DNA of 64,000 bases. It comes from an uncultured Planctomycetaceae bacterium (GTDB lineage Bacteria; Planctomycetota; Planctomycetia; Isosphaerales; Isosphaeraceae). Positions 1 through 10,560 of the stretch are shown here, in pieces. The stretch covers positions 4,800,001 through 4,864,000 of the forward strand of contig CAWIAD010000002.1 in assembly GCA_963833985.1 (NCBI GenBank), in the 5' to 3' direction. The position numbers and the translations under genes are program-made. How positions within the stretch are numbered: the stretch's first letter is position 1; every line of letters begins with the position of its first letter. A model generated the notes under the pieces. It was not told the DNA's origin and searched no databases. It saw only the letters and a list, made by a program, of their open reading frames with translations.

Positions 1-143
1 GTCAGCGTCAGCAGAACGGCCGCAAACAAAACGTCAATAATCGTTTTAAACCGATCGTAAATGGATTTGTCGATCGATCGAACCGGGAGTGAAACCGCCA
101 TCAACTGAATACCGGAATCCTCGTTCTTGCTCAATGCAAGCAT
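1..143 (-). CDS. Sugar transferase (priming glycosyl-phosphate transferase, Bac_transf/WcaJ-like), N-terminal part; continues beyond window start
   Basis: Manual translation of minus strand from ATG 143 (or 101): MLALSKNEDSGIQLMAVSLPVRSIDKSIYDRFKTIIDVLFAAVLLTL.., resembling the Y..KR..D...A...L start of this family; polysaccharide-locus context. Not in the ORF track because it is truncated. Confidence 0.7.
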   Translation of the reverse strand, partial: MLALSKNEDSGIQLMAVSLPVRSIDKSIYDRFKTIIDVLFAAVLLTL

Positions 144-770
144 GATCCAGAATCCGCGTCGTTGTACCTTGTCGATGCAAATCAACACTAACACTCGCAG
201 ACAGTCATCGAGAACAGGACCGTTCTGATCCATCGGGGCGAGGCCAGCTTTCCGCACAATGATCCAGCAGCCTCATGGCACTAGCCGCCAGACCTTCAAG
301 TCCAACACTTATCCGCCTCGCCGGGATCGACGCTGCCTTGCTGCTCACAATCATCCCTGTCTCTGTCGACCACTGAGTGATATCACCGAGGCTACAATGT
401 TTGATGACTTGTTATACAGGTACCAAGACGGAGATTCAAGAACAAAGAACTCACGACCATCGGCAAAAAAGGCCGCTGTCATGCTTTCCACGCTAAATAG
501 TGTCTCAATGGGTCGCCTCAGATAGCCATTCCTCGGCACTCGCAACGCCTGAGCGCTACCATAATTCGGTGGAGACTTGTCATAAGCATCGCTGCCGTAA
601 CGGTTAGTATGAGGAGTTCGCCTCCCCGATGACGAGCTGGAATTCACAGCCATGGCTCACGAAAGAAAACAAACAATTGCATGGCTGCATGTCGACAAAT
701 AGCGACATAAGCACGGAGTCCTGGAGCCCCGTCAACCAGACATGGATCATCTCTTGAGACTTTTGTCCAC

Positions 771-1798
771 TACTGGGTATTCAGTATAGTAGGAAGGAGT
801 CCAAGTATGAACAAGAGATACATCGTGCGATCGTTGACCGAATAACGTGCCCAGTTGGAATCGCTCATCACCAATGGGAGGTCGGCCGCGCGTAAGTTGA
901 CTGGGGCGTAAATCCTGCTGAAGACCGACCGTTGTAGACCTGGTCCGACCTGGTCAGACGAGCGGAGCACCAAGACTCCGGATCTCGGAGTGATCACGGT
1001 CCACCGAGTCCGCCGTCCGCTCGTCAAGGGTGGCCTTGATGGCGCCCTCGTCCGCCGTCCCGTACCGCGTCGTCCACGAATGCTCGACAGTGAGCAGGAG
1101 ACCCGCCTGATCGCCCTGGCGTGTGGAAGCACGCCGGCAGGTCGGTGTCGCTGCACGCGGAGACCCGGACCCAGAGGACGAGGAGCCGGGTCAGCCACGT
1201 CGCGTGGACCACGATTACGGGCTCACATTATTTGTGACTCGTTATATGTTCATTCATCGACCGATTGGCTAGCGGTGAGCGTGGATCACGCCACAATGCA
1301 GCAAGGTGGAACGGGCACAGTGCGTCAAGCAACTGCTCGAGAAGCATGATCCGCAGGTGGAGCGTCTGGTGCTGGTTCGGGACAACCTCAATACGCACAC
1401 CGGTGGGGCACTGTACGAAGCCTTTGCCACAGCGGAAGCGACGCCGTTGTGGGAGCGGCTGGAGGTCCACTCTACGCCCAAGCATGGCAGTTGGTTGAAT
1501 ATGGCGGAGACCGAATTGAGTGTTCGTTCCGGTCAAAGCCTTGACTGCCGGATCGACGAGGTAGCGGTATCGCGGCACAAAAGACATTGGCAGTTTAATT
1601 TAGGATAAGCTTATCAAAGAATATGGTCCGCGCCCGCTTTGCCGGGGAAGCTCCAGCATCCCAGGAACAGCGGGGAACCCTGTCTCCCGAATCGTTCAGC
1701 CCATATCATTAACGCATGTCTTGTGGCAATCGTTCAGGCAGAGAGTGCTGGATGCCAAATCCGCCCGGGTTGGACACAACATACTTGTGAACCCAGTA
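771..1798 (+). mobile_element. Degenerate IS630-family insertion sequence
   Basis: Contains decayed IS630 transposase; bounded by TACTGGGT (771-778) and ACCCAGTA (1791-1798), an inverted repeat with terminal TA as expected for IS630. Right boundary uncertain. Confidence 0.55.
807..1608 (+). pseudogene. IS630-family transposase pseudogene
   Basis: RBS AGGAAGGAG then MNKRYIVRSLTE*RAQLESLITNGRSAARKLTGA*ILLKTD with in-frame stops; later frames give RLIALACGSTPAG and LVRDNLNTH...TPKHGSWLNMAETELSV...WQF (IS630 DDE motifs); internal deletion and frameshifts. Confidence 0.85.
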
Positions 1799-2196
1799 CA
1801 GCGTATTAGTCTAGCACCGCTCGCACGAGTAGAACTCTTACTTGCTCACAACAGTTCAAGCACAGTGCATACGTGCACGCCGCGTTGAGTTGCTTGGCGC
1901 AGGTTGCAAGGCTCTCGTAACTGTTGCGCAGCGTTCCGATCAGGAATCGCCGTCCCGCAGTGCGCTCGGTGCTGCGCCTCGCAGTGAGAGCAATGAGCTA
2001 TGCAGTTCATGAGGGATGGATTGGGAAAATCTCGCACATTTGCTGCCCGGGCATAAACGGATCTAGGGTTGAGCTGAAGAGCTGCCCTTTTTCCTTCCTC
2101 GACTCGCCGCTGAGTGCCGCGATCCTGCCGACTTCTGATCGACCCCGTATTTCCTAAGCGGAATCGCATTCCCGCTGATCCACGGAGTTTGCCCCG

Positions 2197-5100
2197 ATGA
2201 CTCGCTCCCTCAACCGGAACGAACATGCTGTTGTCAGCCACTTGAGAGCGAACCTCAGTCAGCGGCGACGTCGCCGCCCCCGGCCCGCACTACAGCTCGA
2301 GAGGCTCGAGGACCGACAGCTTCTCAGCAATGCGACGGCCTCGTTCATCAAGACCGACACGGCGGCTCAGGGTAACTGGATCAAGGCCTACGGGTCGCAG
2401 GGATATGACGTCATCGGCAGCTCGGCTACGTTGCCGAGCTACGCCACCGTCGCTCCTTCGGCGCAATCCAGTTACACGTGGGCGACAAATTCGAGCGACC
2501 CGCGCGCGCTCCAGACGGCCGGCGGCACCAGCCGCGTCGCGGCCTGCTGGTATTCTAGCTCGAGTTTTTCGGTCAACGTGAATTTGACTGACGGCCAGCA
2601 GCACGACCTGGAGTTGTATTTCGTCGACTGGGACAGCACCGGCCGCAAGGAGCAAATCCAGATCAGCAACGCCTCAACCGGCGCGGTTCTGGATACTGAG
2701 ACCGTGAGCTGCTTCCACAACGGCGTCTATCTGGACTACGCCGTGAGCGGCAACGTGAACATCAAGATCACCCACACGGCCGGGGCCAACGCCGTGCTCA
2801 GCGGATTGTTCGTTGATCCGCCCTCGACCGTATCACCGGTGCTTTTCCATGACAACTTCAGCTCCAGCCCACCAGGCTGCGCCTGGTCCTTCGTCGGCGG
2901 AACATGGCAGATCAGCAATAACGCGCTCAGCCAGACCAGCACGGCCGCGGGCGATCCCAAGAAAGCCATGGTCACCAACCAGACGTTCCCCAGCAACGTC
3001 ATGATCACGGCCGAGGTCAAGGTCAACACATGGAACGCGGGGGACTCTGCGCGCGCCGGAGTCGGCCTGGACACGAACACGAGCACCGGGAACGGATTCA
3101 ACCTGTTGTTCCACGGCACGAACCAGGTCCAGTTTCTCAACGATAAGATCGCCTGGGGCAACGCCTACACCTTCAACTGGCAGGTCGGCACCTGGTACTG
3201 GTTCCAGCTCGCGAACGTCAACGGAACGCTGGAAGGCAAGGTCTGGGCAGCGGGCACCGCGGAACCGCAGAACTGGATGTTCCAGCAGACGGGTTGGACA
3301 AATCCGCAAGGCACCGCGCCGGCGTTGAACGGAGGCTCGGCCAGCGGTACGACCGGCAGTGACACCGCCTCCTTCGCTTCGGTCTCCGTGACCGCAACCA
3401 GCGTGCAGCCCGACACCGCGAGCGCAGGTTCCGCGCTCACGGCGAACGCCGGCGCAGCGGTGAGCTTTAGCCAGGCGGCCGCAACGGGCACCGGTCCCCT
3501 CACGTACGCCTGGAACTTCGGCGACGGTACGACGGCGACCGGTTCGCTCAATCCCAGCCACGTCTATGCGAACCCGGGCAGCGACACAGCGACGCTGACG
3601 GTCACCGACGCACTCGGCATTCCGGTCACGAGCAGTGTGACCACGACCGTCAACGACGTGGCGCCGACGGCGCGCGTGACGGTCCCGGCATCGGGCGCCG
3701 TGGGCACCGCGCAGAGCTTTACAGCCAGCGCGACGGATGTGAGCCCGGCCGTGCAGGCCGCGGGCTTCGCCTACGCCTGGAACTTTGGCGACGGCAGCAC
3801 CGGCAGCGGCGCCGCGCCCGCCCACACTTACTCCGCCGCCGGCACGTACACGGTGACCGTGGCGGCCACCGACGAATACGGCAAGACAGGAACCGCCAGC
3901 GGAACGATCTCGATATTCGGCCCGCCAACCGTGAGTGCAGGCCCTGCCCTGACCGTCAGCGCCGGTTCGTCCCTGGGCTTCAGCCAGGCGACCGAAACCG
4001 GTGGCACGGCGCCCTTCAGCTATAGCTGGAACTTCGGTGACGGCTCAACGGCAACCGGCAGCTTGAACCCGTCGCACACCTACGCGGACCCGGGCAGCTA
4101 CACGGCCACGATGACCGTCACCGATGCCAACAAGCTGACGGCGACCAGCTCGGTCGCCGTCACGGTCAACGACGTGGCGCCGACGGTGACCTATACGGAT
4201 CCCCCGGCGACTGTGGGCTCGCCGGTCAGCTTCACCGCCAGCGCAACAGACATCAGCCCGGCGGTTCAGGCCGCGGGCTTCACATACGCCTGGAACTTCG
4301 GCGACGGCAACACAGGCACCGGCGCCAGCACCAGCCACATCTATGCGTCGGCCGGGACGTACACCGTCACGGTGACGGCGACGGACATGTACGGCAAGGC
4401 GGGAACAACCAGCGGAACGGTCACAATCGTGCCACCGAGCGGATCGCTGTCTGTCAATGCCGGCGGCAACCTCACGACCAGCGCCGGCTCCTCGGTCACA
4501 TTCGCCGGGTCGGTCTCGGGAGGCACCGCCCCCTACACATACTCCTGGAACTTCGGCGACGGCACGACCTCCGCCGCGAACTCAGCCAGCTTCGTGAACA
4601 CCGACACGACGACCCAGGGCAACTGGAGCGGGACCTACGGCGCTGCGGGCTATGACGTGATCGGCTCGACCACGAGCCTGCCCTCGTATGCCACGGTGAC
4701 ACCTTCGGGGCAATCTTCGTGGACCTGGGCGGCCTCAACAACGGACGCACGCGGACTGCAAGTCCCCGGATCGAGCAACCGGATCGCCGCTTGCTGGTAC
4801 AGTACCACATCGTTCACGATCGACGTTAATCTCACCGACGGCCAGATGCACTCTATTAGCCTCTACGCGGTAGACTGGCTTTCGCAAGGACGGACGGAAC
4901 AGATTCAGGTACTGGATGGCACAAACGGGACAGTACTGAACACCCAATCCATAAGTAACTTCACCAATGGCGAATACCTGAACTGGAATGTCTCAGGCCA
5001 TGTAAGTTTCGTGATCACGGACGTAGCGGGGGTCAGTGCTTGCGTCAGTGGCCTCTTCATCGGGAATGGATCACCCGGTGGTGGTAGCAGTCTCGCTCCA

Positions 5101-6891
5101 TCGCACGTGTATGCGAACCCCGGCAGCTACACAGCCACCCTGACCGCGAGTGATTCGGCCGGACACACCGCCAGCTCGAGTGCCACCGTATCGGTCAACG
5201 ACGTGCCGCCGACCGTGACCCTCACTGATCCGCCCGCATACGCGGGAGCACCCGTCAACTTCACCGCCAGCGCGACCGATGTGAGCCCGGCCGTGCAGGC
5301 CGCTGGCTTCACTTACGCCTGGAACTTCGGCGACGGCAGCACCGGCAGCGGTGCCAACACCAGCCATACATACACGACCGCTGGAACTTACACAGTGATG
5401 GTCTCCGCCACGGACGAGTACGGCAATGCAGGCACGGCAAGCGTCACGATGGTCGTCAGCAACTCGACGCCCAATGGGAACACCATGGTCCTGCAGAACT
5501 TTGACGGCTCCACCCTTCCCACGAACGGATCCGGCGACACCTACCCCAGTATCTACACAGGTGAAGGTGCGGTCGGCACAGTCAGCCTCAACACGACCAA
5601 CGCGATCGAGGGCAACAGCTTCCAGGCGAATATCACCTCCGGAGCAGCGTACATCCAGTTCAACCCTTACGGCGCTGGAGCGATGACGCCCAGGACCTTC
5701 GCCAGCTATTACGCAAATAATAACTCGACCGGCGGCCTTGCGATCGCTCCCGGCTGGCAGTACAACACGTACGACCACCTGAGCTTCTGGGTTTTGCGAC
5801 CCACCACGGCCACCCCGCTTGCCACCGGTGGAATGGACAACGTCGAATTCGGGACCTACGTCAAGCAGATCACCAATGCCAATTCGCAATCGGACGAGGC
5901 AGGAGGCATGCACTACTACAATGATCTCAACCTACCCAATAACGGCCAGTGGACGCAAGTGATCATCAACATGTACCCGCAACACTATCGCGGTGAGACC
6001 GCGGGTGAAACTCCGACGGGTACTGTTTATCCGACCGCGACGAACGGCCCATGGGGCGGAGCCGATCCTCTGAATACTTATAATTATTTCGATACATTGA
6101 CCAGGTTCTACTTCAACGAGTTGCACGCTGGCGCCGGAACTTTTCTGTTCGATGACTTCCAGTTTTACCAGGCGTCCTACCCTCAGGACGATGCCCAGGT
6201 CTCCTCGCTGAGCGGAACCTACAACCCGAACAATAACGAAGTGACCGTAACCTGGGCCCGCCCTGATAATGATAATTCCGTCAATGTCGATGTTCGTTAT
6301 TCCTTCAGCGACATCAACCAGATCGGCTGGAACGCAGCGACACCTGCACCCAACGGGATCCTTACTCCTCCTGGCTGGCAGGGATACGACGGCATGGTGT
6401 ATGACACGACGGCTCTGCCGCTTGCGGGCCACTCGGTCGTCTACATCGCTATTAGGCCGGAGAATTCACCCAACGGACTTTTCTCGGAGATCGCAGTTCC
6501 GATCTATGGAGTCGGCCAGAACCCGGCCCCCGCGTCCGCTTCCTTCCAAAGCTCGGTTTCGAGCAGTACTCCGTCGATTGCCTCCCCCGCGACGCCGTCG
6601 TCCAGCTCCGCAGTCACAGTGATTCAAGCTGGCATGGAGACACTTCAGCCCACAAGCCTATCAGAGTCCTCTGGGACCCTGGGCAACCAGGCGAGCTCGG
6701 TGAGCATCATGGCGCCCGGAGCGATAACCACGCATCAAGGACAGACTGTGCCGCAAGGACCTCGGGTGGCGACCAAGGCCAAAGCGGTGCAGCCCCCGCA
6801 GGCCGCAGTCCAGTCCCGAATCGCTCCGAGCCGCCTTGTGATCAACGATGATGGGGCACAGGTCCGTCGGTCTCATCTCACCGGAGCCTGA
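2197..6891 (+). CDS. Large secreted PKD-repeat surface protein with planctomycete extracellular N-terminal motif
   Basis: 1564 aa; RRRRPRPALQLERLEDRQLLS motif; six YxWNFGDG PKD repeats; two copies of a ~160-aa TDTxxQGNW...RxAACWY domain; a beta-sandwich-like domain; uncharacterised C-terminal domain; Ser/Thr/Ala-rich tail. Confidence 0.9.
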   Translation: MTRSLNRNEHAVVSHLRANLSQRRRRRPRPALQLERLEDRQLLSNATASFIKTDTAAQGNWIKAYGSQGYDVIGSSATLPSYATVAPSAQSSYTWATNSSDPRALQTAGGTSRVAACWYSSSSFSVNVNLTDGQQHDLELYFVDWDSTGRKEQIQISNASTGAVLDTETVSCFHNGVYLDYAVSGNVNIKITHTAGANAVLSGLFVDPPSTVSPVLFHDNFSSSPPGCAWSFVGGTWQISNNALSQTSTAAGDPKKAMVTNQTFPSNVMITAEVKVNTWNAGDSARAGVGLDTNTSTGNGFNLLFHGTNQVQFLNDKIAWGNAYTFNWQVGTWYWFQLANVNGTLEGKVWAAGTAEPQNWMFQQTGWTNPQGTAPALNGGSASGTTGSDTASFASVSVTATSVQPDTASAGSALTANAGAAVSFSQAAATGTGPLTYAWNFGDGTTATGSLNPSHVYANPGSDTATLTVTDALGIPVTSSVTTTVNDVAPTARVTVPASGAVGTAQSFTASATDVSPAVQAAGFAYAWNFGDGSTGSGAAPAHTYSAAGTYTVTVAATDEYGKTGTASGTISIFGPPTVSAGPALTVSAGSSLGFSQATETGGTAPFSYSWNFGDGSTATGSLNPSHTYADPGSYTATMTVTDANKLTATSSVAVTVNDVAPTVTYTDPPATVGSPVSFTASATDISPAVQAAGFTYAWNFGDGNTGTGASTSHIYASAGTYTVTVTATDMYGKAGTTSGTVTIVPPSGSLSVNAGGNLTTSAGSSVTFAGSVSGGTAPYTYSWNFGDGTTSAANSASFVNTDTTTQGNWSGTYGAAGYDVIGSTTSLPSYATVTPSGQSSWTWAASTTDARGLQVPGSSNRIAACWYSTTSFTIDVNLTDGQMHSISLYAVDWLSQGRTEQIQVLDGTNGTVLNTQSISNFTNGEYLNWNVSGHVSFVITDVAGVSACVSGLFIGNGSPGGGSSLAPSHVYANPGSYTATLTASDSAGHTASSSATVSVNDVPPTVTLTDPPAYAGAPVNFTASATDVSPAVQAAGFTYAWNFGDGSTGSGANTSHTYTTAGTYTVMVSATDEYGNAGTASVTMVVSNSTPNGNTMVLQNFDGSTLPTNGSGDTYPSIYTGEGAVGTVSLNTTNAIEGNSFQANITSGAAYIQFNPYGAGAMTPRTFASYYANNNSTGGLAIAPGWQYNTYDHLSFWVLRPTTATPLATGGMDNVEFGTYVKQITNANSQSDEAGGMHYYNDLNLPNNGQWTQVIINMYPQHYRGETAGETPTGTVYPTATNGPWGGADPLNTYNYFDTLTRFYFNELHAGAGTFLFDDFQFYQASYPQDDAQVSSLSGTYNPNNNEVTVTWARPDNDNSVNVDVRYSFSDINQIGWNAATPAPNGILTPPGWQGYDGMVYDTTALPLAGHSVVYIAIRPENSPNGLFSEIAVPIYGVGQNPAPASASFQSSVSSSTPSIASPATPSSSSAVTVIQAGMETLQPTSLSESSGTLGNQASSVSIMAPGAITTHQGQTVPQGPRVATKAKAVQPPQAAVQSRIAPSRLVINDDGAQVRRSHLTGA

Positions 6892-7081
6892 AGTGTCCCG
6901 ACCGATGTTTCGCATGAAGCCTCGGTCGGGCTCTTGAACTGAACCAACCTGCCACCGCCGCGGGGCCTGGCCACTCAAACTCGGAGATGATCCAGGAAGA
7001 CATGAAAATCCTGGAACCACGGAGAGCATACAGATCACGGAGAAAAGAATATGGTGAGGAGAAAGACGATAGAGTTTGAAA

Positions 7082-8177
7082 TCACTGTCTACCTGCGGGC
7101 TTGATCTCGCCCAGTGGGATGGAAATCTGAGAAAACCGTCTCGAGTTCTGGGGTTTGATCGCGATGTACACGACCGGATGGCCTTCCAGAGGCAAGGCTC
7201 GAGTGGCATACAGCATGCCGTTGTACCCCTGCCAGCCCGGAGGTTTGATGATTCCCTTCGGCGCAGGCCTGGCGGCATTCCAGCCAACCTGGTGGATGTC
7301 TTCGAACGCGTAGCGCACCTCGTGGGGGATGTTGTTCTCGTCCTTGGGCCGGCGCCAGGTCACGATCAGGTCGTTCCGCCCTGGGTCATGGGTGCCGGTG
7401 ATCGAGTAAACCTGGGCGTCGTTCTCGGGCGCGGTCTCCTGGTAAAACGCGATATCGTCGATCAGGTACGTGCCGATCGCGCCAGAGACTCGTGTCGTCG
7501 ATGTAGAAACGGGTCAAAGCGTCGAAGTAGTTAAACCGCGGCTCGTCCGTGGGGTGGGGCAAATATCCGGCGTCCACACCGCCGCTCTCACCTCGCCGGT
7601 GGTCAGGATGCATGTTGAGTATCACCTGCGTCCACCGGCCGTTGTTGGGTAGATTAAGCTTGTGGTAGTAGTGATTGCCTCCCGTCTCGTCGGACCTGGT
7701 ATCAGGGTTGGCGACTCGCTTGACGAACGTGCCGAACTCGACGTTCGCTCTGCCACCGGTGTCGAGCGGTGAGGCCGATGTGGGCCGCTTGATCCAGAAG
7801 CTCATCCGGTTGTACGTGTTGAACCGCCAAATCGAGGGGCGCGAGACGTGATCACGGGCGAATCCGCGTTTCTCGTTATCATAAGGGTTGAACTGGAGGT
7901 AGAGGCCCTTGGAGGTGATGATGGCCTGAAGGCTATTGCCGGTGATTGCGTCCCGGGAATTCAGCCCGACGGTACCCACGCTCCCTTCACCACCGTACAC
8001 GCTGGGATACGTTTCTCCTGCGGAATTCTTAGGAATCGCTCGTTCATTGAAATCAATCAAAGTCATATGATCTTCGCTCTGATCGTTGGCGGCGGCGGGA
8101 CGATCTGCTTTCCCGGCACACGACACAGCGACCACGACCAGCGCAAGCGCCAAAGTGGTTCCATATTGAAGAATCAT
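7082..8177 (-). CDS. Putative lipoprotein homologous to the C-terminal domain of the PKD protein; one frameshift near 7485
   Basis: MILQYGTTLALALVVVAVSC signal/lipobox-like; ORFs 7386..8255 and 7082..7363 join through a frame change (..FYIDDTS / GAIGTYLIDDIAFYQE..DAQVYSITGT) and align continuously with the neighbour's C-terminus. Confidence 0.8.
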
Positions 8178-8190
8178 GATCGAGTTGCCT

Positions 8191-9285
8191 TTAGGAAATG
8201 AGTTTTCCAGAACTCTTCTCGAGTATGTCCACAATCCTGCGGGAGGCCTGGCCATCCCAGAGCTCGGGTATCCTCCGCGCGACTTGTCCTTGCGCCAGGG
8301 TCTGGAGCGCCGTCGCGACGATACGATCGGGGTCGAGACCGACCAGGTGATTGGTTCCCTGGTCGATGGTGATGGGCCGCTCGGTGTTGTTCCGCAAGGT
8401 CAGGCAGGGCACACCAAGGACGGTCGTCTCTTCCTGGATACCTCCGGAATCAGTCAGGACCAGCCGCGCCTCAGCCAGCAGCTTCATGAAGTCGAGGTAG
8501 CCAAGGGGTTCGGTGACGATCAGCCCTGGCAATGCGGCGAGGTCACGGCCCTCAAGCGCCTTGCGTGTGCGGGGGTGGACCGGGAAGACGATCGGCAGCT
8601 CGCCCTGGAGCCGGGCGATCGCCGCGAGGATTCCCGCGAGGACCTGGGGATCATCGACATTCGCCGGCCGGTGCAGCGTCAGCACGCCAAAGGGGCGGCC
8701 CTCCAGGTGCAGATCCTCCCGGATCATGGAGCGGCGGCTCAGGTCCCGGCAGGCCAGGAGGGTGTCGATCATGACGTTGCCGACGAGGTGAATCCGCTCC
8801 TCCGCGACCCCCTCGCGGCGGAGGTTGGCCACGCCGCTGGGCTCGGTCACGAACAGCCAGTGGCTGATCGCGTCGGTGAGGATGCGGTTGATCTCCTCGG
8901 GCATGGTGCGATCGAAGCTGCGTAGGCCCGCTTCAACGTGCGCCACCGGGACGCCCAGCTTGACGGCGGTCAGAGCACAGGCAATCGTCGAGTTGACATC
9001 CCCGACGACCACCACCGCATCGGGCTTTTGCTCGAGTACGACCGGCTCGAACCGTTTCATCACCTCGGCCGTCTGCACGGCGTGGCTACCCGAGCCAATG
9101 CCCAGGTCGATGTCCGGCCGGGGAATCTTCAATTCCTCGAAGAACAGCCTGGACATGCGCTCGTCATAATGTTGACCGGTATGCACGAGGAATGCCTCGA
9201 TACCGGCACGGCAGTTAACCTCCCACATCAACGGGGCGATCTTCATGAAGTTCGGCCGCGCGCCGGCGACGACAACAACCCTCAT
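8191..9285 (-). CDS. wecB: UDP-N-acetylglucosamine 2-epimerase (non-hydrolysing)
   Basis: GARPNFMK, HTGQHYD, HVEAGLRS, PEEINR, TDSGGIQEE, TERP motifs. Confidence 0.93.
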   Translation of the reverse strand: MRVVVVAGARPNFMKIAPLMWEVNCRAGIEAFLVHTGQHYDERMSRLFFEELKIPRPDIDLGIGSGSHAVQTAEVMKRFEPVVLEQKPDAVVVVGDVNSTIACALTAVKLGVPVAHVEAGLRSFDRTMPEEINRILTDAISHWLFVTEPSGVANLRREGVAEERIHLVGNVMIDTLLACRDLSRRSMIREDLHLEGRPFGVLTLHRPANVDDPQVLAGILAAIARLQGELPIVFPVHPRTRKALEGRDLAALPGLIVTEPLGYLDFMKLLAEARLVLTDSGGIQEETTVLGVPCLTLRNNTERPITIDQGTNHLVGLDPDRIVATALQTLAQGQVARRIPELWDGQASRRIVDILEKSSGKLIS

Positions 9286-9396
9286 CAGCCCGAGTCTCCC
9301 CAGTCGTTTTCAGGCAGGTGGTGACAAAAATCGATTGTACAGAATGAGTGCCCTCTCCGGGCATTCGACCGAGACCGAGGCCGCTCCCAGTATAGA

Positions 9397-10560
9397 CTAC
9401 AGCAACGTTAGCAAAGGCCATGCATTGCTGCCCCATCCATACAAGGTCTCATACCAGAGACGAAACGACTCCATACTCTGCGCGAATGTACAGATGGGCC
9501 GGTATCCCAGTTCAATCTGAGCTCGTGTGCACTCGTGTGTGACGCAACGCAGTTGGTGCTGCATAAAGCGCATGTCATAAGGCATCCTCTCTTCGGTCAT
9601 GGAGATACGGGTTTTCCCCCTGGCCATCGATTCCACGCGTGACACAATGCTTTTGGGCAAGCGCCTGAGGCCAATACGGGCCAATCTCTCGACCTCGCTG
9701 AAGAGGGGGTCGCCTCGCAGCGTGCTGCGCACGTCGGATGACAACAAATGCTTCACGGACCGCAGGGGAGACAGTCGCCTCTCGCTACGTTCAGTTACGG
9801 TGGTTCGTACCTCGTTGCGGCTAACGGATGGCAGTGGCGGCGATTGGCCAGCCAGCGGCGCCAAGGTTTCCGCCAGTTGACGCCAGGTGGCTGTTTCGCC
9901 ATCCGTTACGAAGATGCGGGTGCCATCGGCTCTGCCGTTGGTCAGTGCAAGGACAATCGCTTCAGCCAGATTCTGCACATCTACGAGGTTGCACGGAGAC
10001 TCGCCGCTTTCGAGCAGTGCAAAATTTCCATTCCGGATCGACTCGATAAGCATGAGAAGATACACAGAATAGGGGCCAGAGATATTGGGCGGGCAGAGTA
10101 TGGTACACGGTAGGCCGTGCCGGCACGCGGAAAGCACCATTTCATCCTGGCGGAGCTTCATGGCGCCGTAGGATCCTGGCAGGACGTCCGGTAGTGCATT
10201 TTCTCTGGTGCTCTCCGGCTTCGGAAGCTCACCGTACACCGCCGTGCTACTCAGGTGCACTAGCCGCTGGACGCCGCTCTTGATGCACGCCCTGAGTAAG
10301 TTACGAAGTCCCTGGAACATCACATCCTCGGATCCCCGAGAGCAGTTGACGACATAGAAGCAACCCGTAATTGCCTCCAGCACGCTTGCGCGGTCTAGCA
10401 AGTCCACCGAGTGCAATTGGAGGCCACGCCGAGCTAGCCGCTGGGCATTGCCGCTGCTATGGGTGAGGGGCCGTACGTGGTAGCTCCCCTCGGCAAGCAG
10501 TCGTTCAACGAGAGCAGCTCCCACTAGACCTGACGCCCCAAGCACGCCGACTGTCTTCAT
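9397..10560 (-). CDS. NAD-dependent epimerase/dehydratase (extended SDR)
   Basis: GASGLVG Rossmann motif, HLSSTAVYG, YGAMK (YxxxK). Confidence 0.88.
   Translation of the reverse strand: MKTVGVLGASGLVGAALVERLLAEGSYHVRPLTHSSGNAQRLARRGLQLHSVDLLDRASVLEAITGCFYVVNCSRGSEDVMFQGLRNLLRACIKSGVQRLVHLSSTAVYGELPKPESTRENALPDVLPGSYGAMKLRQDEMVLSACRHGLPCTILCPPNISGPYSVYLLMLIESIRNGNFALLESGESPCNLVDVQNLAEAIVLALTNGRADGTRIFVTDGETATWRQLAETLAPLAGQSPPLPSVSRNEVRTTVTERSERRLSPLRSVKHLLSSDVRSTLRGDPLFSEVERLARIGLRRLPKSIVSRVESMARGKTRISMTEERMPYDMRFMQHQLRCVTHECTRAQIELGYRPICTFAQSMESFRLWYETLYGWGSNAWPLLTLL

Noticed and set aside
259..653. Overlapping 88-aa and 100-aa ORFs
   Set aside because: No recognisable motifs; probably upstream non-coding region of the sugar transferase.
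3500..5400. Recurring TGGAACTTCGGCGACGG repeats as non-coding or DGR repeats
   Set aside because: They encode WNFGDG of PKD domains; no reverse transcriptase or adenine-specific variation.
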